In this document: positions 32,170 to 41,618 of the stretch, piece after piece
Position numbering within the stretch: position 1 is the stretch's first letter
Layout of the letters: each line of letters opens with the position of its first letter
From: Obrimoposthia wandeli
Lineage: Eukaryota
Direction: 5' to 3'
NCBI GenBank assembly: GCA_977020255.1
Contig: CDROCS010001089.1
Coordinates: 558,001-622,000 of the forward strand
Length of the DNA stretch: 64,000 bases
Made by a program: the position numbers and the translations under genes
The notes under the pieces: model-generated
Told to the model about the DNA's origin: nothing
Databases searched by the model: none
The model's input: only the letters and a program-made list of their open reading frames with translations

Positions 32170-32895
32170 ATGTTAGGTAATCCTGTGAAAGGTGGCAAAT
32201 ACTTACTGCGTGGTTTGAGTATGCTTCCTGAAAAGCGTCTGCGCGTATTTGTGTTAATCCCGTTATTCATTAATATAGTATTGTTTTCAATAGCACTGTT
32301 TGTGTTATTTGAGCAATTGCCTAATTGGATCAATGGCTGGTTAAGCTATTTGCCAGGTTTTTTATCTTTTTTAGAAGTCATTATCTATCCGATATTTGCG
32401 ATCACCGCCGCACTAGTGGTGTATTACAGCTTTAATGTAGTGGCCAATATTATCGCAGCGCCTTTTAATGGCATCTTATCTGAGCGTGTAGAGCAAATGG
32501 TTGCTGGACAAACAGTGCAAGAGGAAAGCTTGGCAGAGCTACTAGCGGTATTTCCAAGGGCCATAGGACGTGAGTTGTCTAAATTAGCTTATTACTTGCC
32601 GCGTTTTATTTTAGTGCTCATCTTGAGTTTTATTCCAGGGGTGAATTTATTTGCACCCATTTTTTGGTTTCTATTTGCCGCTTGGATGATGGCGATCCAA
32701 TATTGCGATTATCCGATGGATAACAACAAAGTATCATTTAAAGACATGCTGATACTCTTGAAAAAGCAGCGCTTAACCAGTTTAGGTTTTGGCGGCTTGG
32801 TACAGCTAGGTATGATGATTCCTATCTTGAACTTCATTTTGATGCCAGTGGCTGTGATTGGTGCAACTTTGTATTGGATTGAAGAGCATAGGTAA
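32170..32895 (+). CDS. cysZ: Sulfate transporter CysZ / EI24 family
   Basis: FVLIPLFIN, IAAPFNGILSE, WMMAIQYCDYPMDN. Confidence 0.93.
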   Translation: MLGNPVKGGKYLLRGLSMLPEKRLRVFVLIPLFINIVLFSIALFVLFEQLPNWINGWLSYLPGFLSFLEVIIYPIFAITAALVVYYSFNVVANIIAAPFNGILSERVEQMVAGQTVQEESLAELLAVFPRAIGRELSKLAYYLPRFILVLILSFIPGVNLFAPIFWFLFAAWMMAIQYCDYPMDNNKVSFKDMLILLKKQRLTSLGFGGLVQLGMMIPILNFILMPVAVIGATLYWIEEHR

Positions 32896-32972
32896 TCAGT
32901 GACACCCTATGCTGCTCTAAAAACCTGTAGCACCCATGATTGAAAAATTGTAACTGGCATATTCTCTAAACT

Positions 32973-32993
32973 TAGCTACCATTAAGGTAGCTA
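32973..32993. terminator. Hairpin between convergent cysZ and phoR
   Basis: TAGCTACC-ATTAA-GGTAGCTA. Confidence 0.6.
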
Positions 32994-33047
32994 TTCGCTG
33001 GGGAGGCTGAGGTAGCTATTTTTTGAGACTATGATCGCTGTCTTTAG

Positions 33048-34340
33048 TTACAGTTCTATCAATGTATCCAGTGGGAAGTGGCAACTAAAGGAGCTGCCTT
33101 CACCCAAGGTACTGTTAATTTCTAAGTGGCCTTGGTGTCTGTTTAAGACATTTTTCACGATGGCCAACCCGAGCCCAGAACCGCCAGTATCGGCAGATCT
33201 ATCATCGTCTACTCTATAAAAACGCTCAGTTAATCTATCTAAATGGATCGAATTAATACCGGCGCCATTATCTTTAACACTTAGACATCCGCCGTTGGCA
33301 TCACAGCTCCAGATGATATCTAAATTGCCGCCATCTTGGGTATAGCGCAACGCATTATAAATAAGGTTGGAAAATGCACTATGTAGTTCTTTTTCGCGAC
33401 CTATCAGGCCTATGTTCTCCGCTAATTCAACGCTAATGTTGTGCTTCTTACCATTGGCAACTTGCTCTGCTGCACCGAGAATGGTGAGTATTAAACTAGA
33501 GATATCAACCGGAGTTTGATCGATATTCACCTCGGTGGAATCTAAGCGTGACAACAGTAGCAAATCTTCTACTAAGCTTTGCATTCGATCAGATTGCTGC
33601 TGCATTTGTTGCATTGCTCGATTGAGCGGTAGCGGCAAATTTTGCTGATCTAGAAAAGTTTCTAAATAGCCTCTGATCACCGTTAAAGGGGTACGTAATT
33701 CGTGCGAAGCATTGGCAACAAAATCTTGGCGGGTTTGCTCCAGTCTAATCAAATCGGTAATGTCTCTTGCCACTAACAGTTTTTCAGATTCGCCAAATTC
33801 AGTAATGTAATACTGTAGTTCTATCTTGGGATCGTGAGGGCTTTTTTGTAATAACGGCTCCTGGTAGTGCCCGCGTTGCAAGTAGCGAATAAAATTGGGG
33901 TCGCGCATGATATTAAACAGCGGTTTTCCTTGGTCTGAATCGTTCTTAAAACCTAGTAAACGCTCAGCAGAGAGGTTCCACCACTGCATATTGTTTTGTT
34001 TATCAATCACTACCACTGCATCTTTCAGAGCGGCAGAGAACTGCTGAAACTTATCGATAGTTGATAGTAGCTCGGTCTCTCTATTGCGGCGGATTTTACG
34101 AATGCGATACAGCTGATCAAACACTTCTCCCCATACACCGCTCGCCTCTGGAGGGTCGTATTTTAGATCTTGTGCCAACCAATTCTTCAGTTTTCTTAGT
34201 TCAATTAATTGTAAAATTGACCAGCAGAGTAAAGCCGCTACTATGCTCCAAGCTAGAAAGTCAAAAATCCAGCCAACTATAGCTGCACTTATGACCATGA
34301 GCGCAAAATTACTAACTGTTTTATACGAAGCTGATGCCAA
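33048..34340 (-). CDS. phoR: Phosphate regulon sensor kinase PhoR
   Basis: PPEASGVW, DFVANASHELRTPLTV, RLTERFYRVD, GGSGLGLAIVK. Confidence 0.97.
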   Translation of the reverse strand: MASASYKTVSNFALMVISAAIVGWIFDFLAWSIVAALLCWSILQLIELRKLKNWLAQDLKYDPPEASGVWGEVFDQLYRIRKIRRNRETELLSTIDKFQQFSAALKDAVVVIDKQNNMQWWNLSAERLLGFKNDSDQGKPLFNIMRDPNFIRYLQRGHYQEPLLQKSPHDPKIELQYYITEFGESEKLLVARDITDLIRLEQTRQDFVANASHELRTPLTVIRGYLETFLDQQNLPLPLNRAMQQMQQQSDRMQSLVEDLLLLSRLDSTEVNIDQTPVDISSLILTILGAAEQVANGKKHNISVELAENIGLIGREKELHSAFSNLIYNALRYTQDGGNLDIIWSCDANGGCLSVKDNGAGINSIHLDRLTERFYRVDDDRSADTGGSGLGLAIVKNVLNRHQGHLEINSTLGEGSSFSCHFPLDTLIEL

Positions 34341-34392
34341 AAGTTAAATCCTGTTTAATAGAGATGAATTAGGCACAGTCTAAATCATCAAG

Positions 34393-34470
34393 GGTAAATT
34401 TCCCGTCCCTTGGGGCGTGCACTTCACTAGAAATACCCCGCTTCACGAAGTGGAGACGAGTCTAGGCGAG
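34393..34470. repeat. Degenerate GC-rich double-hairpin (REP/IS200-IS605-end-like) element between phoB and phoR
   Basis: GTAAATTTCCCGTCCCTTGGGGCG and AAATACCCCGCTTCACGAAGTGG: two short-loop GC hairpins in an otherwise AT-rich spacer. Confidence 0.45.
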
Positions 34471-34519
34471 AGTGCTTGCCCAGGAGATCGTCATTCGCGT
34501 TTGCAGATGAAAATTGTAA

Positions 34520-35215
34520 CTATTGGGTTTGTGTGGAAAATCGATAGCCCGTACCGCGTACCGTTTGTACCAAATATTCATGGCGTTTGCCAAGTGCTTT
34601 TCGCAGGCGTCTAATATGTACATCAACCGTGCGTTCTTCAACGTAAACGTTACCTCCCCAAACCATATCTAATAACTGGGTGCGCGAATAGGCTCTATCT
34701 TGGTGTGTCATAAAAAATTGTAACAGGCGGTACTCAGTGGGCCCCAGCTCTAAAGGGGTGCCATCGGCACTAGCGCGATGAGAAACAGGATCAAGAATTA
34801 AAGCATCGACCTCAACTTCCTGATCAACCCCTACTGGGGTTACTCGGCGCAATACTGCTTTTAAGCGCGCGACTAGCTCTCTGGGCGAAAATGGCTTGGT
34901 AATATAATCATCAATGCCCGCTTCTAAGCCGTGTATTTTATGATCTTCATCATCTCTAGCGGTTAGCATGATAATAGGGATTTCAGCGGTTTGTTCATCG
35001 TTACGCAAACGCCTTGCCAGTTCGATACCACTAACTTTAGGCATCATCCAATCGAGCAGTACCATATCGGGTTTCGAATCTATGATCATTTGATGTGCTA
35101 GTTGTGCGTTGTCAGCTTCAATACAATGAAAACCAGCCATTTCCAAGGCAACTGCAATCATCTGTCTGATTGGCGCTTCGTCATCTACAATTAAAATCTG
35201 TTTAACAGGGCCCAT
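34520..35215 (-). CDS. phoB: Phosphate regulon response regulator PhoB
   Basis: LLDWMMP, DDYITKPFSPRELVAR, VWGGNVYVEERTVDVHIRRLR. Confidence 0.98.
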   Translation of the reverse strand: MGPVKQILIVDDEAPIRQMIAVALEMAGFHCIEADNAQLAHQMIIDSKPDMVLLDWMMPKVSGIELARRLRNDEQTAEIPIIMLTARDDEDHKIHGLEAGIDDYITKPFSPRELVARLKAVLRRVTPVGVDQEVEVDALILDPVSHRASADGTPLELGPTEYRLLQFFMTHQDRAYSRTQLLDMVWGGNVYVEERTVDVHIRRLRKALGKRHEYLVQTVRGTGYRFSTQTQ

Positions 35216-35387
35216 TTCAACCTCATCATCCTTTTAGATAAAGTAACTGCATAGCCGGTTCAGCCTGCAGACGTTGTAGAGTAGCTCTCGCTTTGTAAAC
35301 AGCGAACTATCTTGCTACAAGGATTATGCCCTTGATAGTTATAACGAATCAAAGCATATATCTTAAAGAGTATTACAAATGATATAT

Positions 35388-35404
35388 GTGACAGAAATGT
35401 TACA
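35388..35404 (-). promoter_or_regulatory. PHO box upstream of phoB
   Basis: Minus strand TGTAAC-ATTTC-TGTCAC, half-sites 11 bp apart. Confidence 0.85.
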
Positions 35405-35614
35405 AGCGTTAATAATAGCCGGATTAAGTATTAAATATCACTGCAGTGCCGTTCAATATTGTCGCTCTCTAGGTTACTAATTCTACACTAACAACAAATA
35501 TCATTGCGTTGATGAATGTCGCTTGGGGCATGTTATAAAAGCACAAAATAATGGGCTAAAGGGCTACGTTATTTAATCGTACAGCAAAGAATAATTGTGC
35601 AGTTTGCGCATTGC

Positions 35615-36475
35615 TTACAAGTAATCTAACACAATGGCGATGAACAAAACCAAACCGGCATAGTGGTTATTGAGAAACGCTTTAAAGCATTGATCTCGCG
35701 CTCTATTGCGAGTTAAGTATTGCTGATATAGAAAGAAGCCTGCCATTAAAGCTAAACCAAAATAGTAAATTGTGCCTAAATGGGCGAGAAAGCCAGCATA
35801 AATTAGCAATGCTATTGTGGTCAGTTGAAAGAGAGCATTGATAAGGTTATCGTATTTACCAAATAATATGGCGGTAGATTTCACGCCTATTTTTAAATCA
35901 TCATCCCTGTCGACCATGGCATACATCGTGTCGTAGGCTATCGTCCAACAAATTTTCGCGAAATAGAGCACCCAGGCAAGCATCGGTAACTGCTCGTTAG
36001 TGGCAGTGAAAGCCATAGGGATTCCAAAGCCAAAAGCAGCCCCTAATACAACTTGTGGTAACTGGGTGTACCTTTTCATGAACGGATAGCTAAACGCGAG
36101 TCCTAAGGCGGCAAATGAGAGATAAACAGTCATGCTATTAGTGGTCAGTACGACCAGCAAAAACGCACACAACATTAGCACCACAAACAAAGCGACAGCT
36201 TCTTTAGTTGATATTAATTTGTTAGCGAGTGGGCGATGGGCAGTGCGTTTTACTTTGCCATCAATTTTTCGATCGGCAATGTCATTAATTACACACCCTG
36301 CTGAGCGAGTGAGAAAAACACCTAAACTAAAAACAATAATGATGTTCAGTGAGGGTTGGCCTGCACTGGCTATCCATATGGCAGACAAAGTAGGCCACAG
36401 CAGTAGGTAACTGCCGATGGGTTTATCAAACCTTGTGAGTATTGAGTATATTTTTAAACGTTCGGTTATAGTCAT
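35615..36475 (-). CDS. ubiA: 4-hydroxybenzoate polyprenyltransferase
   Basis: RFDKPIGSYLLLWP, NDIADRKID, AYDTMYAMVDRDDD. Confidence 0.97.
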   Translation of the reverse strand: MTITERLKIYSILTRFDKPIGSYLLLWPTLSAIWIASAGQPSLNIIIVFSLGVFLTRSAGCVINDIADRKIDGKVKRTAHRPLANKLISTKEAVALFVVLMLCAFLLVVLTTNSMTVYLSFAALGLAFSYPFMKRYTQLPQVVLGAAFGFGIPMAFTATNEQLPMLAWVLYFAKICWTIAYDTMYAMVDRDDDLKIGVKSTAILFGKYDNLINALFQLTTIALLIYAGFLAHLGTIYYFGLALMAGFFLYQQYLTRNRARDQCFKAFLNNHYAGLVLFIAIVLDYL

Positions 36476-36606
36476 AAAATTAAGTATTTCAAATTTGCTG
36501 AACAGTGGATGGTGATTTTGCGTATAGAAGCATTAATACTAAGTCCTTACGTATATAGGGTGCAAATGATCTCGCTTAAAAAATACACTTTAGATTAACA
36601 ATTTTT

Positions 36607-37173
36607 TTACTGCTCACCAGGGAAAATCGGCGGCTGATAGCTAAGATCTGCCAACACAGGCATAAACACTTCACACACTAGCAATGGCTTATTTGATAAA
36701 TAAAACACGGAACGACGCGCCCAAACTTTTTCACCCGTGGCTAATTGCAGTTGGGTAATTTGAAATTTACCACGGCGCATGCTCGGATCAGTAAAAAGTA
36801 GGCTGCCTAAAGAGCGATTACCCAACATGGCTAATTGCTTTTGTTTACCGCTTAGAGTGCTCGTGGGAATAACAGTGCGCGCAAATACATAAAGTTGACC
36901 GGCGCCCATTAATTTAACTTCTCTGATAAGGGCGGCTTGGCGATGTTTAATACCCAACACTTTAGCTTCACTGCGACTGGGTATTAACCAATCTTGCTGC
37001 TGTAATTGCACTTGAAATTGTTGGTTACTCGCTTCAATTAAATGTTGGGTTAACGAGCCTCTATCACAGAGCCAGCGCCGCCAAATTCGCGGTGCTTGCA
37101 AGCTGTTAGGACGTCTATAAGTGGTCCAACGAGTATCAAAGTTGATTGCAGAAAGCGCAGTTTTTATGGGCAA
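36607..37173 (-). CDS. ubiC: Chorismate pyruvate-lyase
   Basis: WLCDRGSLT, IREVKL, VFARTVIP, WARRSVF, LLVCEVF. Confidence 0.93.
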   Translation of the reverse strand: MPIKTALSAINFDTRWTTYRRPNSLQAPRIWRRWLCDRGSLTQHLIEASNQQFQVQLQQQDWLIPSRSEAKVLGIKHRQAALIREVKLMGAGQLYVFARTVIPTSTLSGKQKQLAMLGNRSLGSLLFTDPSMRRGKFQITQLQLATGEKVWARRSVFYLSNKPLLVCEVFMPVLADLSYQPPIFPGEQ

Positions 37174-37457
37174 GAAAAACTCCTATAAAACCCAGTGAAT
37201 GAGTGTTTTTTCAGCTATATTTTATGTTAAAAACTTGGTAAATGACGACTATTAGCAATAGCTAGTATCAGCTGTGTGTCACTATCAGTTAAAATAAGCC
37301 ATTGTCAGTTATAATAACCCACTAGGAAATCTTGAGTGCTTAATCAACGATTTATAGCTAGTTTTTGTGGTGGTTATGCTTACACGTGGCGCTGTGGATA
37401 TAGTAGCGGCTTATGCGTTTTGAATACAGTAGTTGCTAAGAGAAATGAGTGATATAA

Positions 37458-38009
37458 ATGAAACAAGATATACAACAACAGCAATTGGAATTGAGTCAAC
37501 AGTGGGTAGAAAAAGTCGTTGTTGGGCTCAATCTTTGCCCCTTTGCTAAGCCCGTGATTAAAGCCAACGGTTTACGTTATGCGCTAACACAAAGCGTGGC
37601 TGATGATGCACTAATAGCTTTCTTTTTGGCAGAGCTAGAACTTATCAGCAGTGCTGATGAAACAAAGATAGCGACGAGCTTGATTATTTATCCCAACGCA
37701 CTGGTTGATTTCTATGACTATTTAGATTTTGTAGCACAATGCGAAGAGCTATTAGCGCAGGCGGGCTTAAGTGCGGAATTTCAAATAGCCAGTTTCCACC
37801 CTAATTATCAATTTGCAGGGGTTAGCGAAGATGACGTTAGCCATTGGACGAACCGCTCGCCATTTCCTATGTTGCATCTCATTCGCGAAGCACAGATGAG
37901 CCGCGTATTGGCCAATCATCCTAATCCAGATAGCATTCCTGAGCGCAATATAGAACTACTGAGGGAAATGGGTAAAGAAGCGATATTACAGTTAACTGCT
38001 AAAGTATAA
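37458..38009 (+). CDS. DUF1415 family protein
   Basis: VVGLNLCPFA, QIASFHPNYQF, NRSPFPMLHLIRE. Confidence 0.92.
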   Translation: MKQDIQQQQLELSQQWVEKVVVGLNLCPFAKPVIKANGLRYALTQSVADDALIAFFLAELELISSADETKIATSLIIYPNALVDFYDYLDFVAQCEELLAQAGLSAEFQIASFHPNYQFAGVSEDDVSHWTNRSPFPMLHLIREAQMSRVLANHPNPDSIPERNIELLREMGKEAILQLTAKV

Positions 38010-38071
38010 ATTAGCAGAGTTTGGATTATCAAAATCTAATTTACTCAATTAGATTATAGCAATTAAAGCGA

Positions 38072-39592
38072 TCAATACTCTCCGGCGGTAGTGATGTTAT
38101 TTCTGCAGGTGTTTTTAGTGTGATACAACGCTTTATCTGCAGCCTGAACTAGCAGCATGGGCGAATTAGTATCATTTGGGATGAAACAAGAAACTCCTTG
38201 GCTGACGGTCACAATACTGGCAACGTTAGAGTCTTCATGGGGTATTGCTAGGTGCTCAATAGCTGCTTTTATTTGCAGAGCCACTTTTTGCGCGCCTCTT
38301 GCGTTGGTTTCAGGCATTAAAATAGCAAACTCTTCACCGCCGTAACGACACACAGCATCGTAAGGGCGGTTAACCGTTTGTTGTAGCGCCGCTGAAATTT
38401 TTCTAAGTGCTGAATCGCCTGCTAAATGACCATATTGGTCATTGAACGGTTTAAAAAAATCTACATCTAGCATGATAAGCGAAATGCTTTGGTTGATACG
38501 TGAGCTGCGTCGCCATTCTTGTTCTAACAGCTTTTCAAATTCACGCCGATTGTTGATACCGGTTAAACCGTCGATCCGCGCAGAGCGTTCCAGAAAATCG
38601 CGCGATTTTTTTAAATCTAGCATCATGCCGATGCGTGCTTTAAGAATGCCAGCTGAGCGCCCTTTAGAAATGTAATCGGCCGCGCCAGCTGAATACGCTG
38701 ACAACTCTAATGTATCGTCGTCTTCGCCGCCCACAATAGCAATAGGGGTGTAGTTAATATTCATCCGCTCAATAAAGCTTTGATAGCCGCGTAATAGGTC
38801 GTGCCAGTTGTCGTCGCTATGTAACAAAACCAAATCAGGGGCATGGTTTTCTGAATCAAATAGTAGCTTTAGTTCTGCCATCGAAGTTGGCAAAAAAAGA
38901 TTATATTCACCGCGAATGGCATCGATAGGTGCCCACATGGAGGCAATTTCATCGGAGCATAAAATGGCGATCGAATGTAAGTTAGTAGAGCGCTGCAATT
39001 TAGTGGAGTCGTTTTGCAGGTTACTTTCTTTACCGGCAAAAAAGGCGCTAATATCTTCAGCGCTTGGTAGCCCTAATAATTTGCGATCATCGGGAGCTAG
39101 TGTAGCAGGGATGCGCGAACCCACTTTACTTCTATCCCATTGTGCTTGCCAACAATCTAGCTGCTCTTCGCTTTTCTCATCTACTTCAAGATCAAGCGGA
39201 AGGCCGGCGAGGCGAATGCAATCAAAAATAACGCTAGGACAAGAAATGTCTTTGCCATTAACCCAAAGCTGTGAATAAAATAAATCGCGCAGTTTATTGG
39301 CCTTTTCCAAATCTACTGCCTGTGCAGAAATAATGCATAAAATAGCAAAGCGGCTGTCTGGACGCTCAGGTGGTAACGCAAGCGGGACATCTTCAGCAAG
39401 GGAGCGCACGGCAAATACATCACCGGCCAGTTCGGTTAAAATCTCGGGACGATTACCATAGAGGCCTAAATCGGGAGCGTGCTCTACAAATCTAAACTCT
39501 ACTTTGTCGAGTAGCGATAAGCCTTTTAGCTTTTCGTGTAATGCATAGCTATAAGGGCAATTTAAATCGCAATAAACAACGTATTTTTCCAT
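38072..39592 (-). CDS. Diguanylate cyclase: DsbA/FrnE-like thioredoxin fold + pseudo-receiver + GGDEF
   Basis: N-term YCDLNCPYSY; middle PDLVLLH...AGAADYISK receiver-like; C-term DVDFFKPFNDQYGH, RPYD I-site, RYGGEEF. Confidence 0.85.
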   Translation of the reverse strand: MEKYVVYCDLNCPYSYALHEKLKGLSLLDKVEFRFVEHAPDLGLYGNRPEILTELAGDVFAVRSLAEDVPLALPPERPDSRFAILCIISAQAVDLEKANKLRDLFYSQLWVNGKDISCPSVIFDCIRLAGLPLDLEVDEKSEEQLDCWQAQWDRSKVGSRIPATLAPDDRKLLGLPSAEDISAFFAGKESNLQNDSTKLQRSTNLHSIAILCSDEIASMWAPIDAIRGEYNLFLPTSMAELKLLFDSENHAPDLVLLHSDDNWHDLLRGYQSFIERMNINYTPIAIVGGEDDDTLELSAYSAGAADYISKGRSAGILKARIGMMLDLKKSRDFLERSARIDGLTGINNRREFEKLLEQEWRRSSRINQSISLIMLDVDFFKPFNDQYGHLAGDSALRKISAALQQTVNRPYDAVCRYGGEEFAILMPETNARGAQKVALQIKAAIEHLAIPHEDSNVASIVTVSQGVSCFIPNDTNSPMLLVQAADKALYHTKNTCRNNITTAGEY

Positions 39593-39973
39593 GCACAGGG
39601 CTCCCGATAAACTTATTAAGAAAATATCATACTTATAACCGCTAAGTACTTAAGTCTCTCACTATTTACTTATATAAGTGAACAGTAAACGATTAAACAC
39701 GCTGGGAATGGCTATATTCTAAAAACTAAAAATAGTTTTTGTATAGTAAGTCATCGGCTTCAATAGCAAAAACTTTTGCTATTTTTATAAACAAGGTGGG
39801 GTTTTCCTTAAGAATAAAGGCGAGAGGGAGTGAAAAAATACAAGGCGAGCCACCTAGTTGCACGTTTTTAGCAATAAAAAGCGGCGTTTTAGTCAGCGAT
39901 GCCTTGCCTTTGTAAGTGTCATTTTCAAAAAGGCACCATTGGTTGTCGCATTCAATTTATAAGCTGATTAGAC

Positions 39974-40714
39974 TTATAAATCAATTGATTGCTCAACAGC
40001 TGTCTTCATATCGCTCAAGCTTTGATGGCGTACATTTTGCCCACTTACTAAGTAAATAATATGCTCTGCCATATTACGTGAGTGGTCGCCTATACGCTCT
40101 AGTGAGCGCAATACCCAAATAACATTGAGGCAGCTAGAAATAGAGCGCGGATCCTCCATCATCAAACTCACTAATGTGCGCATCGCTGAACGGTATTCTT
40201 GATCGACAGATCTATCGCTTTTCGCTACCTTATAAGCTTCTTCAACATCGCCGCGTGCAAAAGCGGTTAATACGTCTTTTACCATGGTGCGCACTAAGTT
40301 GCCGATGTGGCGCACTTCCTGAAAGCCATGCTGTGAACTCCCTGATGCATTCAGCTCTATTGTTTGGCGACAAATACGCACGGCTTCATCGCCCATGCGC
40401 TCTAAATCAACAACCGCCTTAGAGATAGATACTATTAAGCGCAAATCAGATGCCGCAGGTTGTCGTCGCGCAATAATGCTGGTGCAGCGCTCATCAATTT
40501 TTAATTCCATCGCATTGGTTTGAATATCAATCGCGAGAGCTTCTTGCGCCAATTGCACATCACCAGTCAATAAAGCTTCTACTGATTGGTGTACTTGGCG
40601 CTCAACTATGCCACCCATGGCAAGTAGTTCTGTGCGAATTTGTTCTAGCTCTTCATTGAATCGTTTGGAGATGTGGCTAGAAAAACCTTCAGTGTTTGTG
40701 TCATTCGTTGTCAT
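39974..40714 (-). CDS. phoU: Phosphate signalling protein PhoU
   Basis: HISKRFNEELE, RQPAASDLR, DLERMGD, RSLERIGDH. Confidence 0.98.
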   Translation of the reverse strand: MTTNDTNTEGFSSHISKRFNEELEQIRTELLAMGGIVERQVHQSVEALLTGDVQLAQEALAIDIQTNAMELKIDERCTSIIARRQPAASDLRLIVSISKAVVDLERMGDEAVRICRQTIELNASGSSQHGFQEVRHIGNLVRTMVKDVLTAFARGDVEEAYKVAKSDRSVDQEYRSAMRTLVSLMMEDPRSISSCLNVIWVLRSLERIGDHSRNMAEHIIYLVSGQNVRHQSLSDMKTAVEQSIDL

Positions 40715-40737
40715 TGTTTGATCCCTTAAATGTCAAT

Positions 40738-41574
40738 TTAGCCGAATCTGCCGGTAATATAATCTTCGGTCTGTTTTTTCTCAGGGTTAGTGAACAGCGT
40801 ATCAGTGACCCCAAATTCAATTAAATCGCCCATATACATAAACGCGGTATAGTCAGAAACACGCGCTGCTTGTTGCATATTATGCGTAACAATGATGATG
40901 GTGAAATCTTTCTTTAGCTCGTGAATAAGCTCTTCTATTTTCAAGGTAGAAATAGGATCAAGTGCAGAAGCGGGCTCATCTAGTAACAGTACTTCAGGCT
41001 TTACCGCAATAGTACGGGCAATCACTAAACGCTGTTGCTGACCACCTGACAAACCCAGTGCACTTTCATGTAGGCGATCTTTTACTTCATCCCAAAGTGC
41101 CGCTGATTTAAGTGCCCATTCAACGGTTTCATCGATAACGCGCTTCTTTTTAACCCCTTGAATACGCAGGCCATAAGCGACGTTTTCATAAATGCTTTTT
41201 GGAAAAGGGTTAGGCTTTTGAAATACCATACCTACACGGCGGCGCAGCTCTGCCACTTCCACGTCTTTACCATAAATATTGCGATCATCAAGGATGATTT
41301 CACCGCCGATACTACAGTTATCGACTAAATCATTCATGCGATTAAAACAGCGCAACAAAGTGGATTTACCACAGCCAGATGGGCCGATAAAAGCGGTTAC
41401 ACAGTTTTTAGGAATCTCCATGGTGATACCGTGAACAGCTTCCTTTTCACCGTAGAACACTTTTAGATCTTTGGTGTGTAACATAATTTCTTCGTCTGCA
41501 AACTTTAAGTTTTCCTGACCTTTAATAAGTGAACTTAGGTCAATATTTGCGGTTTTAACTTCTGACATGGTCAA
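40738..41574 (-). CDS. pstB: Phosphate ABC transporter ATPase PstB
   Basis: [39 protein letters not shown]. Confidence 0.99.
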   Translation of the reverse strand: MTMSEVKTANIDLSSLIKGQENLKFADEEIMLHTKDLKVFYGEKEAVHGITMEIPKNCVTAFIGPSGCGKSTLLRCFNRMNDLVDNCSIGGEIILDDRNIYGKDVEVAELRRRVGMVFQKPNPFPKSIYENVAYGLRIQGVKKKRVIDETVEWALKSAALWDEVKDRLHESALGLSGGQQQRLVIARTIAVKPEVLLLDEPASALDPISTLKIEELIHELKKDFTIIIVTHNMQQAARVSDYTAFMYMGDLIEFGVTDTLFTNPEKKQTEDYITGRFG

Positions 41575-41618
41575 TTCCTAATCTTTTTGAGTAGAAAGTA
41601 TTAACAAGCATGGGCTGT

